A stretch of DNA of 62,705 nt, counting the filler, from Asterionella formosa (taxonomy: Eukaryota): NCBI GenBank assembly GCA_002256025.1. It is 10 parts of 10 records of this genome, joined end to end, with 100 filler letters (N's around TTAATTAATTAA, not from the genome) between each part and the next. Parts side by side here need not be neighbours in the genome. Positions count along the whole stretch, not along the records: positions 1 to 6,195 come from NKIB01012791.1; positions 6,296 to 12,489 come from NKIB01012792.1; 8 more parts are not named here. One strand, written 5' to 3'. The stretch's first letter is position 1. Every line of letters starts with the position of its first letter. The notes below the pieces were generated by a model. It searched no databases, was not told the DNA's origin, and was given only the letters and a program-made list of their open reading frames with translations. The position numbers and the translations under genes are program-made. Shown here piece by piece: positions 1 to 11,862 of the stretch.

Positions 1-554
1 AAACTTCCCCAGGTAAGCACACCATTGTTTCCAGTTTCATATGCCAAAGTGCCCATCATTGTAAACTGACTATCATAATGCTCACTCACACCTTCATTGT
101 TGTCATCTTCTTCCTCCTCGACAATTTTATATGAATTATGAATGAGATTACTGGGAAATAACAAGGCAAAGCTGCCATCAGCATTCAAGAGTTGGGGTTT
201 AGTAGGGCCACAATGGTCAGGTGTCAATGTAGACACCATGGTTGCAGTTGATGGCTGAAAGAGGGACGAACCAGAAGTAGTATACATACTAGTAGTACTA
301 GACTTAACTTCTAGTTTAGCACTTTGTTTTAGTTCATTCTTCACTTGGTTAACAGATATCCAAGGGAAAATGCATTGCTTAGCTGATACTGTCCTAGAAA
401 TAGCACCATAAGGCATTTTTCCACCATTCTTAGCCTTCTTAGCTTATAGCTCCCTAATCACATTGTTAAGACAAAACTGAACACTGACCAACTCTTCAGG
501 AGACAATTTCTTTCGAGGCAAGGCATTGCCTTGTCGAGGCGCTTTCGAGGTCAT
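1..554 (-). pseudogene. Decayed ORF, probably the N-terminus of a DNA-transposon transposase (continues off the window)
   Basis: ATG at 554 opens a frame running to base 1 with a single in-frame TAA (444-446): MTSKAPRQ...REL*AKKAKNGGKMPYGAISRTVSAKQCIFPWISVNQVKN... It points away from a repeated element terminus at 1041-1069. Confidence 0.4.
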
Positions 555-1010
555 GGTGTTGGTGTTGTGATGGGTGATGGGTGATTGTTGTATGTTTGCA
601 TTTAATTTTTGTACTCATAATTCGGGCGCACCAGGAATTCCTATTTGACGTTTTCCATTAGTGAAATTATCTCTTTATTATGGCGCACGAGCGAAAGCGC
701 AATGCCGTCGTAGTCATATTAAATAAATTTTAGAGGATACTAAATTAGTTTTCTAGAGGAGGAATATTCTCATACCTGAATACGTATATAAAAGGTGATG
801 CTTGCTCAATCGATTAAACGTGAAAATATCCAATTTTCGCAATTTCACGTCGACAGCAACCTTTGGGCGATAATACCTAATTAACAATGTACACAATGCA
901 ACAATACAAGTACGGAAGTATTTACTCGCTATATAAATCTGAACAACTCGTTCGTGACAATAAATAGCGTATCTTGTAAACTAAGTTCAAACCGTGCGTT
1001 TACTCCGTTT

Positions 1011-1069
1011 AGCGGTGGCTTACAGTTCAAAAGTCGCCGTAGCGGTGGCTTACAGTTTTTAAGTGGTAC
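1011..1069 (-). mobile_element. DNA-transposon terminus with subterminal AGCGGTGGCTTACAGT repeats
   Basis: AGCGGTGGCTTACAGT occurs at 1011 and 1041. 1041-1069 is the exact reverse complement of 5943-5971. Confidence 0.5.
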
Positions 1070-1636
1070 CTGGTACCGGAATGCAAGCAACTACCGGTAC
1101 ATACAAATTACCGGTATGTTCCTTGTACCTGGTACCAGGCACCTTTACTACACCTCCTTGGAATTTTCTTTACCTGATACATAGGCGCAAGCCACAGCAA
1201 ACGGCGTATTTTTCGGCGTTGTGCGTTGGTGTGTACCTGTAGGGGGTTAAAATTTGAAAGATCGATTCGATGGATTCGCCTTCAGCCACGTGGGATCTTG
1301 TTAGCGTGCTGGGACGAACCTTGCTTGACACGCATAGTTGTGATTTCTGCTGGTTGTTCATTAATCTATATATAAACATTCATTGCTGATTACGTAACGG
1401 TTTAAAAAAATTGTTCCTTCCGGTCGGCCTGTGTGTGCGCGCCGAAGTGGCACATCAGTGTTGCGCATTCCCGCCGGTACGGCGTTTTTTGTCGTCTTGT
1501 TGCTTTGCTGGTGAACTCCTCCTCCCTGATCAACGAACACATGGATAATTAAAGGTCAGGTGTTCCAAGTGCGCTCATCATTCCAATAGTGACTTCCACC
1601 ATTCCGCCCCAATCATCCACTATCGTATCGCTACCC

Positions 1637-3596
1637 ATGGAGGCCTCAGAGCAGGATGATGCGCCACCAGCAATAACCACTGGAGATCAACTGGGCGAGG
1701 CCCAGCAGCTCGGCGGTCCTCCCGAAACATATAATCAGCACCAGCAACAGATTCTACCACAGGACGTAAATGGGCAAAGTCCATCTATGCCTCCTCAACA
1801 AGTCTATGTCCATTCTGGCATGCATCCTCAGAACGGAATGGCTGACTTGGAGACTCAGTTTCACGCTTTGGATATGAATGGGCCGCCGGAACATCTGTAC
1901 GACTTAGATAATGACGCCGGCGAGCCTACGGACAATGACGAAGAAGGAAGTGACGAAGATCCTGTCAAACTCTTTGTAGGCCAGGTGAGCAATTTTCATA
2001 CCAGATGACTGGCTCAGCGAAGCGCTAAGCAAGCTCAGAGAGAGGAGCAGACCCAAGTACATGGTAAACGACAAGGCGTTCTGCATTTCGATGCGTATTC
2101 TGAGTGATCGGCCAGTGTGCTGCTTTTTGCCGAACCGAAATGGCGCTTGATCATTCGCTCTTGTATGCTCTTGAGTTGGAAAATGCACCACGATACTTAG
2201 ATTATCATTTCTCACACTTTTTTGACTTTGAATCCAGATTCCTAAAACGCTCAGTGAAGAAGATATATTTCCGACTTTCGATGCCTTTGGGCCGTTGAAG
2301 GATGTAGCTGTCATTCGGGACCGACTCACCGGACTTCATAGAGGATGTGCGTTTGTGACTTACTGGCATGGGCCTGATGCCGAAACAGCGCAAGAAGCCC
2401 TTCACAACAAGTTTACGTTTCCTGGAGGAAGGAGGCCGGCACAAGTTAAGCTAGCTGAACCTTCAGTTCCAGAGAACAAACTCTTCATTGGAATGCTATC
2501 ACGGAAGGCTGGTGAAACAGAAGTACGAGAGCTCTTTGAACCATTTGGAGAAGTTCGTGAGATCTATATGATTCGCAATGCTGATGGTACTAGTAAGTGT
2601 GCTGCCTTTCTTCGGTATGCCAAGCGAGAACCTGCAGTTCAAGCTATCGAAACATTGAACCAGAGCATTCAAATGGAAGGCGCGACAAGGCCATTAATCG
2701 TCAAATTTGCCGACAATAAGGTACAACGTCAAGCTCGGCAGATGCGAAACACCAGGCGAGATCACGTATATGCCACCATGAGAGGGCCTCCTCAATTTCC
2801 CGGATACCCAGTAAGTCCTCCGTTAGAATTCACACTCCCTCGTTATCCTTGCGAACTCGAACTCACAGTTTCCCTCACTTTGCCTGCAGATGCCACAAGG
2901 CTTACCTCATCAAATGGGCGTCCAACCTCAACCATATCCAATATCCGGTTATGGGTACGGCGGTGGCAATCCCCTGCCACATGTTCACCCTCACCATCAT
3001 CCACACCCATACATGTATCCACATAATACTCAGTTTGCAGGCCCTATTCCTCCTTATCCGTTCCCTACTCGTCCACAAGAAATGATTTCCCCCAACTCTC
3101 GTCCCCGTGAAGGGCCTGCTGGATCAAATCTATTTGTTTATCATCTGCCGCACGATCTGACTGATGCAGATCTAGCGACAGCGTTCAATCCGTTTGGTAA
3201 CGTGATCAGTGCAAAAGTATATGTTGACCGAAATACAGGCGAAAGCAAAGGATTCGGTACGTCTACAAGGAATGTGAAAATATTCGCAGGTTTTGTGTTG
3301 ACGATTCACTCTCACCTTCCCAACCGTTTTCAGGGTTTGTATCGTACGACTCAGTGATGTCGGCAGAATCTGCAATTGAACAAATGAATGGCTTTCAAAT
3401 TGGCAACAAGAGATTAAAGGTCCAACACAAGCGAGTGTCCAGCATGATGGGAATAGGCATGTCCCCCCAAGACATACCGCATCCCATGCCTCAAGGAATG
3501 CCGCCTCCAATGCCTCACGGAATGATGCCACCTCAACAAATGCAGATGCTGATGCACACAATGACGATACCAAATCCCGGCCAGCAATTTGAATAG
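1637..3596 (+). CDS. CELF: CELF/Bruno-like RNA-binding protein (3 RRMs); exons 1637-1984, 2238-2810, 2890-3256, 3334-3596
   Basis: RRM1 VKLFVGQ|IPKTL...[12 protein letters not shown]2 [10 protein letters not shown]...SKCAAFLRY, and RRM3 [15 protein letters not shown]...SKGFG|FVSYDS...[16 protein letters not shown]. Three GT-AG introns restore one continuous frame. Confidence 0.93.
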
Positions 3597-3861
3597 ATTG
3601 GAAATTTGGATGTTGTAATTCAACTAAATCCGCCTGCTTTGGTGGACGCTTTTCTTGAAGGTTCCTTTCAGACAACGGTAATCTGTTATGAAATTCAAAC
3701 TTTCTTCAATTTTTGTTACAATTTGTCAAACTGCTCATGAAGACGAAACACTGCATCAATTTAATTGTCTGGTATTTACTAGAATGTAGGAGTAGCGTGA
3801 ATGCCACTTAGTTAGATGAAGAGGGAGAACAGATCCATAAATTTACATTATCATTTCAAAT

Positions 3862-5462
3862 TTAGTAATCCTCGTCCAATTCATCCTCCAATTCCTGTGC
3901 CTTTTCTTCATCTGTCTTCTCGTCCCTCTTCCCGCGTGATCCTCGACTGGCCTCTAACTGCTTCTTGTATGCATCAGGTGGATATCGCATTCCACGGACG
4001 GCATCGTTGTGAGTAGTCAAGCAGTACGCAATACGTCTGTGAAAGGCTTCAGCCGGCTCCTTCGTTGAGTAGACGTCGACCAAATCATGAGATTGCACAT
4101 AAGCTTCTTCATGATATATAGTAGCCTCCAATACACCATCGCGAACAGCCTTGGCGACCACGAATTCCGCGGATGTTGCACTTGGAAGCCCCAAACGATC
4201 GGCAATATCTTGCAAGGAAATGCGAGAATAAGAAATGTGCAACTTTCGCAGGCCGGCCTTGACAACAACGTGAGCCAATCGGGAAATCAAAGTGTATGTT
4301 CCATCCTGCTGGAGGCGAGCTGCATGGTCGCCTACAACCTTGGTAAATATTGCCAAATCACCACGACGAACAGCATGCGCAATATCAAGGTAAGGCTTCA
4401 ACTCAGACACCATACCCTTTGTGAAAAAGATATGGCGTTCTGGAATTTCACCCATCAACAGCTGGACCACAACCAAGAGGCGTTGAGCCGAAATACGAAA
4501 ACCGAGCCCAGTATTGGTGGGAGCCTTTCGAAGAATCTGAGAAAGGTTGGAAAAGGCAGAAGTATACTCAAGGCGCAACGCCTGAATACGACCAGAGTGA
4601 TACAAGTAGCGACAAAGCTGGTTGTTAGAGGCTGAGTCAGGGAACGTCGAGTTGGACAGTAGTTTCTGGGCTTGTTCAACTTGGAAGTGCAATGAGTATC
4701 ATAGCGAGAGAGTTAAAAATACATAAAGAAAATAAAGAATCTCGGAAGTCCTTGACGGTCTCACTTACTTTGAGAAGCATTCAACAAATCATGAAGCATA
4801 CAATTAAGTAGGGTGGCTTGAGTGTCAACGTCACGGCGCATACAAGCAGTCCCATGAGCATGTGCCATGTCGTGTCGCAAATCTACAGAAAAAGTTGGAT
4901 CTGAATCGGCCAGAAGTGATCGATAACGGTACAAACGAGCCAGCAAAGGGAAGAGTGAGGACAGCCCAGCAGCCACCCGAGCAGCAGCTGCATCAATGTG
5001 AACCATGACGATGACAATGGAATTCTGGCACAGTGCATAAGCTTCTTGGTACTTTCCGTCCTTCCAGTAAAGACGAACGGCATTGGATAGCAGCCAAGCT
5101 TCTACTTCACGAGCAGAAGACATGGAAAGATACTTGGCCCTTTCGACCTTGTCATAGTCCATGACATCGGTCATCAACAACGATCTACCCTTGGCACTGG
5201 AGCCAGTGGGATCTAAGAGTGATGTTGCAGCCGAGCAAATATCCGCTAGCGTTGCTTTTCCAGTTGCACCGGACGAAGTTCCGAGCCAACGCCTGACGAC
5301 CTTGGCAGGATTCGTATATGACAATCTATCCTTGTCGCCTCCTCCGAGTAAACGATCCAATCGACGAGCAGCACTTTCCAGAGGTGGCTGCGGAGGAGAA
5401 ACAGGAGTTTCCCCTTCGTCCTTTGCAATTCCTATCGTTTCTTCCTTTCCCTCTTTGCTCAT
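3862..5462 (-). CDS. RPN3: 26S proteasome regulatory subunit RPN3/PSMD3; exons 5462-4769 and 4679-3862
   Basis: QATLLN...SNNQLCRYLYHSGRIQALRLEY, VVQLLMGEIPER, PCI domain SYSRISLQDIA...AEFVVAKAVRDGV, and DVYSTKEPAEAFHRRIAYCL. An 89-nt GTAAGT..AAG intron (4768-4680) joins the two ORFs in frame. Confidence 0.95.
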
Positions 5463-5721
5463 TTTGAGAAATGGCGGTTATTTATTGAAAGAGTCCCAGC
5501 AATGGCAACTTCGACGAGCACAGATGAAAATAGTGTCGAATTTTCCCTATTGATTCGGCATGCATTAATTTTATACCTTTTTCCTTTTACCTGTAATTGA
5601 TCACATGTGTATTGGCATTGTCTAGATGCGAGGACCCGTGGAAAGTTCATCGGCTTTCTTTTTCGCATTCTATTGTCAGCTTTTAAAATAAGTAAAGGTC
5701 CATTCAATAGCCCCGAACTAC

Positions 5722-5801
5722 GACATCGTGGCCGAGCGGTCTAAGGCGCAACGTTAAGGCCGTTGTCTTCATAGGCGTGGGTTCAAATCCCACCGATGTC
5801 A
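5722..5801 (+). tRNA. tRNA-Leu: tRNA-Leu(AAG)
   Basis: Acceptor stem GACATCG/CGATGTC, D-arm GCCGAGCGGTCTAAGGC, anticodon stem CAACG/CGTTG with loop TTAAGGC, extended variable region and T-arm GTGGGTTCAAATCCCAC. Followed by a T-run (Pol III terminator). Confidence 0.95.
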
Positions 5802-5942
5802 ATTTCTTTTTTTGGTGCTCGGTTTTTTCACGTTTTTCTATATATTCCAGACACCATGCAGCGCGTCGAGAATTGTTGTAAGGGGGAAATACCGGAAGTC
5901 CTCTTACTCTTTCTACAGGTAGAGTACCAGATAACTTGAAGA

Positions 5943-6162
5943 GTACCACTTAAAAACTGTAAGCCACCGCTATTTTACTCTATCTTTCGACTAAAAATAT
6001 TTATGTAATTCAACGATCAAAACTTGACGCAAGTACAAAGCTTATGTTAGACAATGCTCTCTGCTATACTATTAAGGAATCAGTTTTGATTCAGTGTATC
6101 TAGCCATGAAGAAATAATTTTTCCAAAGTCACTAAGATTATTGCATAGCGGTGGCTTACAGT
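5943..6162 (+). mobile_element. Second copy of the same transposon terminus / MITE-like segment
   Basis: GTACCACTTAAAAACTGTAAGCCACCGCT (5943-5971) is the inverse of 1041-1069. There is an internal 18-bp inverted pair at 5956-5973 / 6145-6162. Confidence 0.5.
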
Positions 6163-6195
6163 GCATATTTTTCTATCTGTACATGTATATATTTT

Positions 6196-6295
6196 NNNNN
6201 NNNNNNNNNNNNNNNNNNNNNNNNNNNNNNNNNNNNNNNTTAATTAATTAANNNNNNNNNNNNNNNNNNNNNNNNNNNNNNNNNNNNNNNNNNNN
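6196..6295. other. Artificial scaffold spacer N44-TTAATTAATTAA-N44 (also at 12490, 18782, 25069, 31350, 37624, 43896, 50168, 56433; each 100 bp)
   Basis: An identical 100-bp spacer with stops in all six frames recurs every ~6.27 kb, and genes are cut off at these points. Confidence 0.97.
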
Positions 6296-8006
6296 GTGCT
6301 TGTTACTTGCTGATCACAAACTTACTCTGCAAACGCTGTTCTTTGTCTACAAACAGTCAATCTGTTGAGCGAGGGTTTTGTTGGGAATCAGGCGGCATGG
6401 TAAGCACAACGAAAACAATGCCTTTGTAACAATTGTTTGTTCATGAACTCACTCTGCGGCCGTTGTTCACTGATTGCAGACAATCAATTTGATGAGGGCT
6501 GGGTTGGCCATTGGGGACTATGGTAAGGAGTACAACAGAACCGAAATCATGGCTTCGCAACTTTTGCTTTCTCATCAACTCACTCTGCAAATGTTGCCCT
6601 CTTTCTACAGCAGACAATCAATCTGAGCAATGAGAATGAGCAGCCGGCTCATTTGCTATGAATTGATCTACCGATAGTGGCAACAGGGACTCCTGCAAGT
6701 ACTATGAGTAGCCAGGCAATCTTGCAAGTAGTTACAGCATCCAGCTGCAAGAATGAACATCCATTGCTTGTCATATTGGTTTGAGAATCACGTTCTATAG
6801 AAAGTATCAATATAAACTATATAGCAAAGTGATTAATTTGATTGATTTTGCGATTGTAGCTAGAATTTAATTTAAACGTTGATTGGTTACACATAATTAT
6901 TTGTTTGACTACTAGTAGCATATATATTTGTTAAACCTTGAGGTATTAATGTGATCAAAGTAAAGATAAAATGGGAGCAAACTAGTAACAGAATTAATGG
7001 TAGTCAGAGTGAAGAATATTTGTGAACGGAAATGTTGCGAATTGTAGAAAAAAGTACCGTATTATAGAGATTATTACTGAACAAATTTTTCTTCGTGTCG
7101 CCAGAAAATATTGTCAGTTGGCCCCAAAAATTACGTGGGTTTCTAAAATAATTATGAAAGTTGTCGAAACTATTTTAGTTCACTCCGTTCATATATATTG
7201 TATGATGCATCATATTTTTATGTGATGTCATACCCATAAATTATGTACGTAACTAAATTCGTCATGTTGGGCCACCAGAATAATTAATTTGGGTGATCAT
7301 ATTTGACTACCTTTTTTGTGGCGGCTGTACCAGTAATTCCCAATTGTTCCTAGCAGCAACAAGTAGCAACGAAAGACAGCTGCAGAGAATGAATGGATAC
7401 AATCTGTGAGGAGTCAAAAGATGTCATTTCCATGAATTGTTTCAAAAAATGTGACAGAACTCACTTCATTGTTTCTGTGGCAAATTCAAGATTACTGGAT
7501 ACAAGAAGAACTGAAAGAAAGAATAGCGGATTCAGCTGATTGCTGGTGGGAGGGTAACAAAGGCTAGACTGGTTCCTGGTACTATGACTACTAGCTAGTA
7601 TTGTTGATATACATATCATATGGTGTACAAAGTAGTCTAGACAACTGGTAATTGTTAAAAGTAGCTAGTTTATGTGAATTTTTATGTAGTACTGGTAGTG
7701 GGCATCTCAATTGTTATGTGATGCATTATGGAAACCTTGAGATCTCCGGAATGAGGAGATTGGGGAATTTCCCGCAATCCTCCTGCTGTGGAGTTTGGGG
7801 GAACTGTGTCTGTTTACCAGCCAGTATGTCGGAAAACCATAATTCATTATTTAAACTTGGCTGGCTTTGATAAAATTGAAGTTAGTTGGGCCAGCGCGAA
7901 ATCGTTAAATATTTTTTATGTAATGTAATTACCGTTTAAGCAAGGTGAATTTGAGTGCCTGTCCGGCGCAACTTCGTCGGATTCGGCAAATGACCGGGTA
8001 CAACTG

Positions 8007-8438
8007 TGTTAAAGTATTACCTTTTTGATAGATCTATATCGTTAGACAAAGAAGACTATATATAAAGACGTTTGTCTCTCTTTCCGTTTCTATATTCTTA
8101 TTGTGAGTTTACTAATCTAGTTTTAGGTTAGTATTCTGATTGAACACCAAACAAACAAACTTTTCTCCAAATGCTGTTTGCATTTCTAGAAACATACAAT
8201 CATAGATAGACCCATGTCTATCTCACACTTACTGATCATAGGCTTTTAACCATGATCATTCATTTTCAAACTATTGGTCTTCCAAAATAGCTTATATTGT
8301 CCGGCTCATTATAGGTGGAGTAACAAGGCAGGTATAATGTGTGGTTCTTGATGAGAGCTTGGTACATCAAAGTTGACTCATTCGAATCGTTTGACTCCGA
8401 GTCCTAACTACCAGTACGTGGATGAGCTCACTTTAACA
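8007..8438 (-). mobile_element. Solo LTR of a Ty1/Copia retrotransposon with a 6-bp TSD (CAACTG)
   Basis: Inverted termini TGTTAAAGT...ACTTTAACA are flanked by CAACTG at 8001-8006 and 8439-8444. It is highly similar along its whole length to 44104-44524, which is attached to a gag start. Confidence 0.9.
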
Positions 8439-8574
8439 CAACTGTGACTATGGAAAGGAGAATTCATTGAATTTCATTGGCGTTATTGAGAATACTCGTT
8501 ACAATCAAGCACGTCGTCTTGGTGCTCCAGCAGATGAGATAGCACGCAAAACCTAAAAGCAAGGCAATTCTGAA

Positions 8575-9612
8575 ATGGCAACACCACCATCAGGAGGCTC
8601 GCAGCTCGTAAAATGGAGTGAAATCAACAAGGTCAGGTTTTACTCCATTGGAACTGTTGTGTATACTGGATTGACATTCTTGCTCCATCCGATGACAGTG
8701 TTGAAGACTCGTCAGCAAGTTCTCAGTTCAAAAAGTTCGATAGATGCACCACGTGTCCAGCAGTCTTCTCTCAAATCCACGTTTCTAAATGTTATGGAAA
8801 CTGTGGGTGTTCGAGGGTTGTTTCGAGGTGCAGGCATTGTTGTCGCGCTGGCTGTTCCGGCTCGTATGGTTTACATTACAACGCTCGAGTCCAGTCGACA
8901 TGAGGGAAGTTTGATTCTGGAAAGCATTCTTCGGAAGCATATCCAGGACGAAGGAGACGTGCAGTCGAAACTGCCCCTGGTGGCAACTGTTGCAGGAGGT
9001 CTAGCTGGTGGCTTGGCTGCTGTCTCTGCACAAGTATTGGTTGTTCCCATGGATGTAGTATCCCAAAAACAAATGGTCATGACAGCAGAAAAATATTTCA
9101 TAGAAGGAAGTGCACCGGCAGTGATTCGGTCAGTTGTCCAATCAGACGGAGTGTCTGGACTATATCGAGGTTTTGGTCTTTCCATCTTTACTTCCCTTCC
9201 AACCGGCTGTATTTGGTGGGCTACATATGGAGGCTGCCAACACGCAATAGACAATATGCTTTGTACTTCATCTGAAGAGAATTGGACGTTGCATCCTCTG
9301 TTGAAACGGGGGTTGATCCAAATATTGTCAGGAACTACTGCAGCGATCGTGGCAGCAGGTGTAACTCAACCTCTAGATGTTATCAAAACAAGATTACAAG
9401 TTGGTTCAGAAGTGGCATCTACTAAGATCGGCACTGCTGATTCAGCTGGGATGATAGCGAGAGACTTGCTGAAAACTTCAGGTTTTCAAGGGTTTTTCCG
9501 TGGAATTGGACCAAGAATAATCTACATGAGCACTTGGGGTACAGTTCTAAGCTCGTGTTATGAGTTTCTACGTCATGTTTCCAAGAAAACACTTCAAGAG
9601 ATGGAATATTGA
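8575..9612 (+). CDS. Mitochondrial carrier family protein (SLC25A44-like)
   Basis: Three Px[DE]xx[KR]-type repeats (PMTVLKTRQQ, PMDVVSQKQM, PLDVIKTRLQ), each followed by G.RGL[FY]RG-type motifs. Intact 345-aa ORF. Confidence 0.92.
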   Translation: MATPPSGGSQLVKWSEINKVRFYSIGTVVYTGLTFLLHPMTVLKTRQQVLSSKSSIDAPRVQQSSLKSTFLNVMETVGVRGLFRGAGIVVALAVPARMVYITTLESSRHEGSLILESILRKHIQDEGDVQSKLPLVATVAGGLAGGLAAVSAQVLVVPMDVVSQKQMVMTAEKYFIEGSAPAVIRSVVQSDGVSGLYRGFGLSIFTSLPTGCIWWATYGGCQHAIDNMLCTSSEENWTLHPLLKRGLIQILSGTTAAIVAAGVTQPLDVIKTRLQVGSEVASTKIGTADSAGMIARDLLKTSGFQGFFRGIGPRIIYMSTWGTVLSSCYEFLRHVSKKTLQEMEY

Positions 9613-9632
9613 GCGTTTCTGCGTTTTTCCTG

Positions 9633-10660
9633 CTATTCTGCTGTTTCATTCTCCATGAGGCTGCATTGCACCTTTGTCATATTGTCATCATGCCATTTTC
9701 TCATACCACCAGCACTTGGACACCGAGATAAGCAGGGCGTATTTTTTGCTTCCAACTCTGACAGTACAGACGGAGTCAAACCGAATGAAAATTGGCATTC
9801 GTATGTTTCATAATCCGGAGTCATGGTCAAGGGCAAACCCATATTCTGAATGAAAAAATTCTGCGTTGGAATTTTGCACGAGTTGACGCAAACAGAAGCA
9901 CACCCTGACTCTTCCAAGAATCGACATCGCTTGACTAATAGTCCTTGTCCCTCACCAATCTTTCCACCATCAACTTCAACGTCGTTGATTTCGCACTCCC
10001 CCATCAACCATGTCCCTGCCACCATTGTTGCCCATGCATTCATGCGACTTGAAAACTATGTGTTGGGTACAAGAATGTAGTAGTTGTTAGTATGGGATGG
10101 GGATGAAGGGGGAGTAATCTGCTCAAAGATGCGTCTTACCTCTGGGAAAGGTTTGGAAAAGAGAACTGAATAGGATCCAGGCATCCATGAAGGAAACAAT
10201 GATACTAATACACAACGAAATCCAGTTCATAAAAATGTTAGGCCAATGTATAGTGGTTCGATATCAACTGCAATTTGACTATAAGCGTAGTAACTTACTC
10301 AGTACATCTTGTGCTATCCTATGCACTTGACTTCTATCAGAATAGCGCGCATTCATGGCCGCCGTCAGCTCCATCAATCCCATGTAGTCATTCTGAGGTT
10401 TATCAGAGTCGACCCCAACATGTTCGGCAAGGCTTGATCGGAATAGCTTCATAAAAAGAGTATCCATAAATGGACCCAACGGACCATGGATATTTTCATA
10501 GTCTGGTTTCGTCTCGACAGATGGGCCATGCACTGTTGTTGCCTTGCTTGTGCGAGCGCTAAACATCAATGTGTAGGGAGTGGTTCGTCGTTGGGTGGAT
10601 TGAAGGGAAATGAGTGGTACGAATGCCAGCGAGAAGCTACGGATGGATATTAACACACGG
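9633..10660 (-). CDS. D27: DWARF27-like beta-carotene isomerase (DUF4033), probably plastid-targeted; exons <10660-10299, 10204-10140, 10055-9633; start lies in the N gap
   Basis: WLMGEC...KRCRFLEESGCASVCVNSCKIPTQNFF...GLPLTMTPDYETYECQFSFG is the D27 C-terminal signature. Two GT-AG introns give a continuous frame. The N-terminal ...FSLA-FVP resembles a diatom ASAF cleavage motif. Confidence 0.88.
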
Positions 10661-11193
10661 NNNNNNNNNNNNNNNNNNNNNNNNNNNNNNNNNNNNNNNN
10701 NNNNNNNNNNNNNNNNNNNNNNNNNNNNNNNNNNNNNNNNNNNNNNNNNNNNNNNNNNNNNNNNNNNNNNNNNNNNNNNNNNNNNNNNNNNNNNNNNNNN
10801 NNNNNNNNNNNNNNNNNNNNNNNNNNNNNNNNNNNNNNNNNNNNNNNNNNNNNNNNNNNNNNNNNNNNNNNNNNNNNNNNNNNNNNNNNNNNNNNNNNNN
10901 NNNNNNNNNNNNNNNNNNNNNNNNNNNNNNNNNNNNNNNNNNNNNNNNNNNNNNNNNNNNNNNNNNNNNNNNNNNNNNNNNNNNNNNNNNNNNNNNNNNN
11001 NNNNNNNNNNNNNNNNNNNNNNNNNNNNNNNNNNNNNNNNNNNNNNNNNNNNNNNNNNNNNNNNNNNNNNNNNNNNNNNNNNNNNNNNNNNNNNNNNNNN
11101 NNNNNNNNNNNNNNNNNNNNNNNNNNNNNNNNNNNNNNNNNNNNNNNNNNNNNNNNNNNNNNNNNNNNNNNNNNNNNNNNNTTTTTTTTCACC

Positions 11194-11862
11194 ATGGCGG
11201 ACAACATGTACGGCTACAGCGACTACCACGGTCCTCTGTCGGAAACTACAAATGAATCACAGGATGAGGAGACAGATGATCCACTGCGAGCGGGTCTGTG
11301 GATGGAGGGCGATTCATTAGCACCTCCCTGTGGAACGTCGGTCCCGACCATTCATCGCCTACTAGTCTTTGGTGAGGTAGGTGCTCATGACGTGGTATAT
11401 GATTTGGGATGCGGGGATGGGCGGGTGTGCCTCGAAGCCTTGGTTAAATTTAACGCCAAGGCAACTGTCGGAGTCGACATTGAACATGACCTCATTCAGC
11501 GGTTCAACGATTTGATCCGTTCTTTGCCAGGAACCCTGACGAACAACAATAGAATACAAGGAGTACAAGCAGACCTGCGACAAGTTATTTCGTCGTTCGT
11601 CACGCGCGCAAAAGGAGAAGTTACATCTAATTATCCTACTTTGCCATTGCCGACCGTTATTGTGCTTTATCTACTCCCAGAATCAATCCAAGAGTTGGAG
11701 GAGGATTTAGTGCTATTGTTGACCAAATTAGAACCCATGAAGATTATCTGCAACACTTGGGGGTTTTCATCCATTCAACCTTGCAAACAACTAGAGATTG
11801 AAGAAGCTATTGGTGGTGCCACGACAAACTTGTTCCTTTATACCCAAGAATGTCTACAGTGA
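11194..11862 (+). CDS. Class I SAM-dependent methyltransferase (FAM173/ATPSCKMT-like or bacterial-type)
   Basis: Motif I VVYDLGCGDGR, VGVDI and TVIVLYLLPE. Intact 222-aa ORF. Confidence 0.8.
   Translation: MADNMYGYSDYHGPLSETTNESQDEETDDPLRAGLWMEGDSLAPPCGTSVPTIHRLLVFGEVGAHDVVYDLGCGDGRVCLEALVKFNAKATVGVDIEHDLIQRFNDLIRSLPGTLTNNNRIQGVQADLRQVISSFVTRAKGEVTSNYPTLPLPTVIVLYLLPESIQELEEDLVLLLTKLEPMKIICNTWGFSSIQPCKQLEIEEAIGGATTNLFLYTQECLQ

Noticed and set aside
1541..1552. Three-codon uORF upstream of CELF
   Set aside because: The transcription start is unknown and such minimal ORFs arise by chance.
4087..4635. 182-aa plus-strand ORF and similar antisense ORFs inside real genes
   Set aside because: They are shadow frames opposite well-supported genes and contain no motifs.
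10610..11320. Long ORFs spanning N runs (also 52985-53837)
   Set aside because: They are open only because N codons contain no stops.
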